DNA from: Acidobacteria bacterium UBA2161
GTDB lineage: Bacteria; Acidobacteriota; Vicinamibacteria; Vicinamibacterales; UBA823
Direction: 5' to 3'
DNA length: 64,000 bases
Assembly (NCBI GenBank): GCA_002328835.1
Contig: DCWN01000043.1
Span: 81,740 to 145,739 of the forward strand
The notes beneath the pieces are model-generated. The model ran no database searches. It was not told where the DNA came from and saw nothing but the letters and a program-made list of their open reading frames with translations. Below, one piece after another: positions 63,211 to 64,000 of the stretch. Position 1 is the first letter of the stretch; each line of letters opens with the position of its first letter. A program made the position numbers and the translations under genes.

Positions 63211-64000
63211 ATGATGACGACGAAGGTAGGCAAGACGGGCGCGATTGCCCGACGGCCGGCCGTCTGGTGCGCGTTGGCGCTGGCACTGGCCACAGTGCTG
63301 GCGGCTCCCGCCGTGGCCCAGCAGTACACCGGCCGGATCGACTTCACCGTGGTCGACAACACCGGAGGTGTCTTGCCGGGCGCCCGCGTCGAAGTGTCCG
63401 GAGCGCAGACCCGTCTGGGCTGAGCCAATGCCGTCGGCACGGCGGCCCTGATCAACCTGACGGTTGGCGCCTACGAGGCCACGGTCTCCCTCGACGGGTT
63501 CCAGACGGTCCGAATCCCCGTGGTCGTCGTCGATACGGGCGGCAACGTCGACCTGCGGGTCAGCCTGGCGGTGGCCACCGTGCAGGAGGATGTCATCGTC
63601 CGACCCGAGGTTCCGGTCGTCGAGCCGAAGAAGCTGACGACGGGTGCGCTCATCAGCAACGACGAGCTTCAGCTCATTCCCACGGCACGCGACCCGTGGG
63701 TCGTCCTGCAGACGGTTCCGAGCGTCGTCGTCGACCGCGTCAACGTCGGCGGCAACGAGTCGGGCCAGCAGTCGCAGTACATCGCGCGGGGCGCCAACGC
63801 CGACGACAATACCTGGTATCTAGACGGCGTCCCGGTCACCGACCTGGCCGCCGTGGGCTCGTCGACCTTCTACTACGACCACGACATCTTCGAGCAGATG
63901 AACATCGTCACCGGTGGGTCGGAGATCACGAATGCGACCCCCGGCGTGCAGCTCAGCGGGACGGTCAAGTCGGGGACGAACGTCTTTCACGGGACCGTCC
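63211..64000 (+). pseudogene. TonB-dependent receptor (CarboxypepD_reg-like domain + plug), interrupted by an in-frame TGA at 63421-63423; 3' end beyond the window
   Basis: Signal peptide and GRIDFTVVDNTGGVLPGARVEVSG upstream of the TGA. The same frame continues ANAVGTAALINLTVGAYEATVSLDGFQ...DPWVVLQTVPSVVVDRVNVGGNESGQQ (plug) to the window end. Confidence 0.6.

Noticed and set aside
63421-63423. The TGA in the TonB-dependent receptor as a second selenocysteine codon, or TGA reassigned as a sense codon genome-wide.
   Set aside because: The position is not a redox or catalytic site and lies in an exported beta-sandwich domain. TGA is used as the ordinary stop of many well-defined genes here (sdhC-like, E1alpha, panE, the thioesterase and others), so code reassignment is excluded.
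1-64000. Search for tRNA/rRNA genes, CRISPR arrays, transposases or integrases, toxin-antitoxin pairs or known defence systems.
   Set aside because: Reading both strands, I noticed no T-loop/anticodon-arm-like structures, no regularly spaced direct repeats, and no recombinase, nuclease or defence-type domains. The window appears to be core chromosome apart from the two small repeat families.

Overview
A very GC-rich bacterial chromosomal segment. Every frame carries long Arg/Ala/Pro/Gly-rich shadow ORFs, so genes were called from family motifs, start-codon context and operon logic, not ORF length. I support about 65 protein-coding genes, nearly all core metabolism. These include: a succinate dehydrogenase operon (anchor-sdhA-sdhB); a 2-oxoacid dehydrogenase E1alpha/E1beta/E2 plus lipB cluster next to a sigma-54 activator; the pntAA-pntAB-pntB transhydrogenase operon with a trailing FHA gene; and a TetR-controlled beta-oxidation operon. 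The rest are ribA, queF, def, thiI, thyX, panE, MutY/MutT-like repair genes, several hydrolases and peptidases, transporters and an ECF-type sigma factor. I saw no rRNA, tRNA, CRISPR array, transposase, integrase or phage genes. The signals the ORF track does not explain are: (1) a hidden 72-codon glutaredoxin-like gene (49283-49501) with an in-frame TGA exactly at the first redox-cysteine position, making it a candidate selenoprotein; (2) two families of structured GC-rich intergenic repeats. One is a roughly 190-nt long-hairpin element present three times, always between convergent gene ends. The other is a roughly 95-nt multi-hairpin element whose end supplies the ribosome-binding region of two sdh cistrons and extends a sigma-factor ORF; (3) an exact sigma-54 -24/-12 promoter upstream of an HU-family gene; (4) in-frame stops in two other genes, and a head-to-head junction of two 5'-truncated genes; (5) a Hanks-type kinase homologue with a degenerate catalytic loop, a MutY catalytic domain split from a coupled Nudix gene, and TATAAT boxes 6-9 nt from start codons that suggest leaderless mRNAs. 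All family assignments come from reading motifs by eye; no database search was possible.
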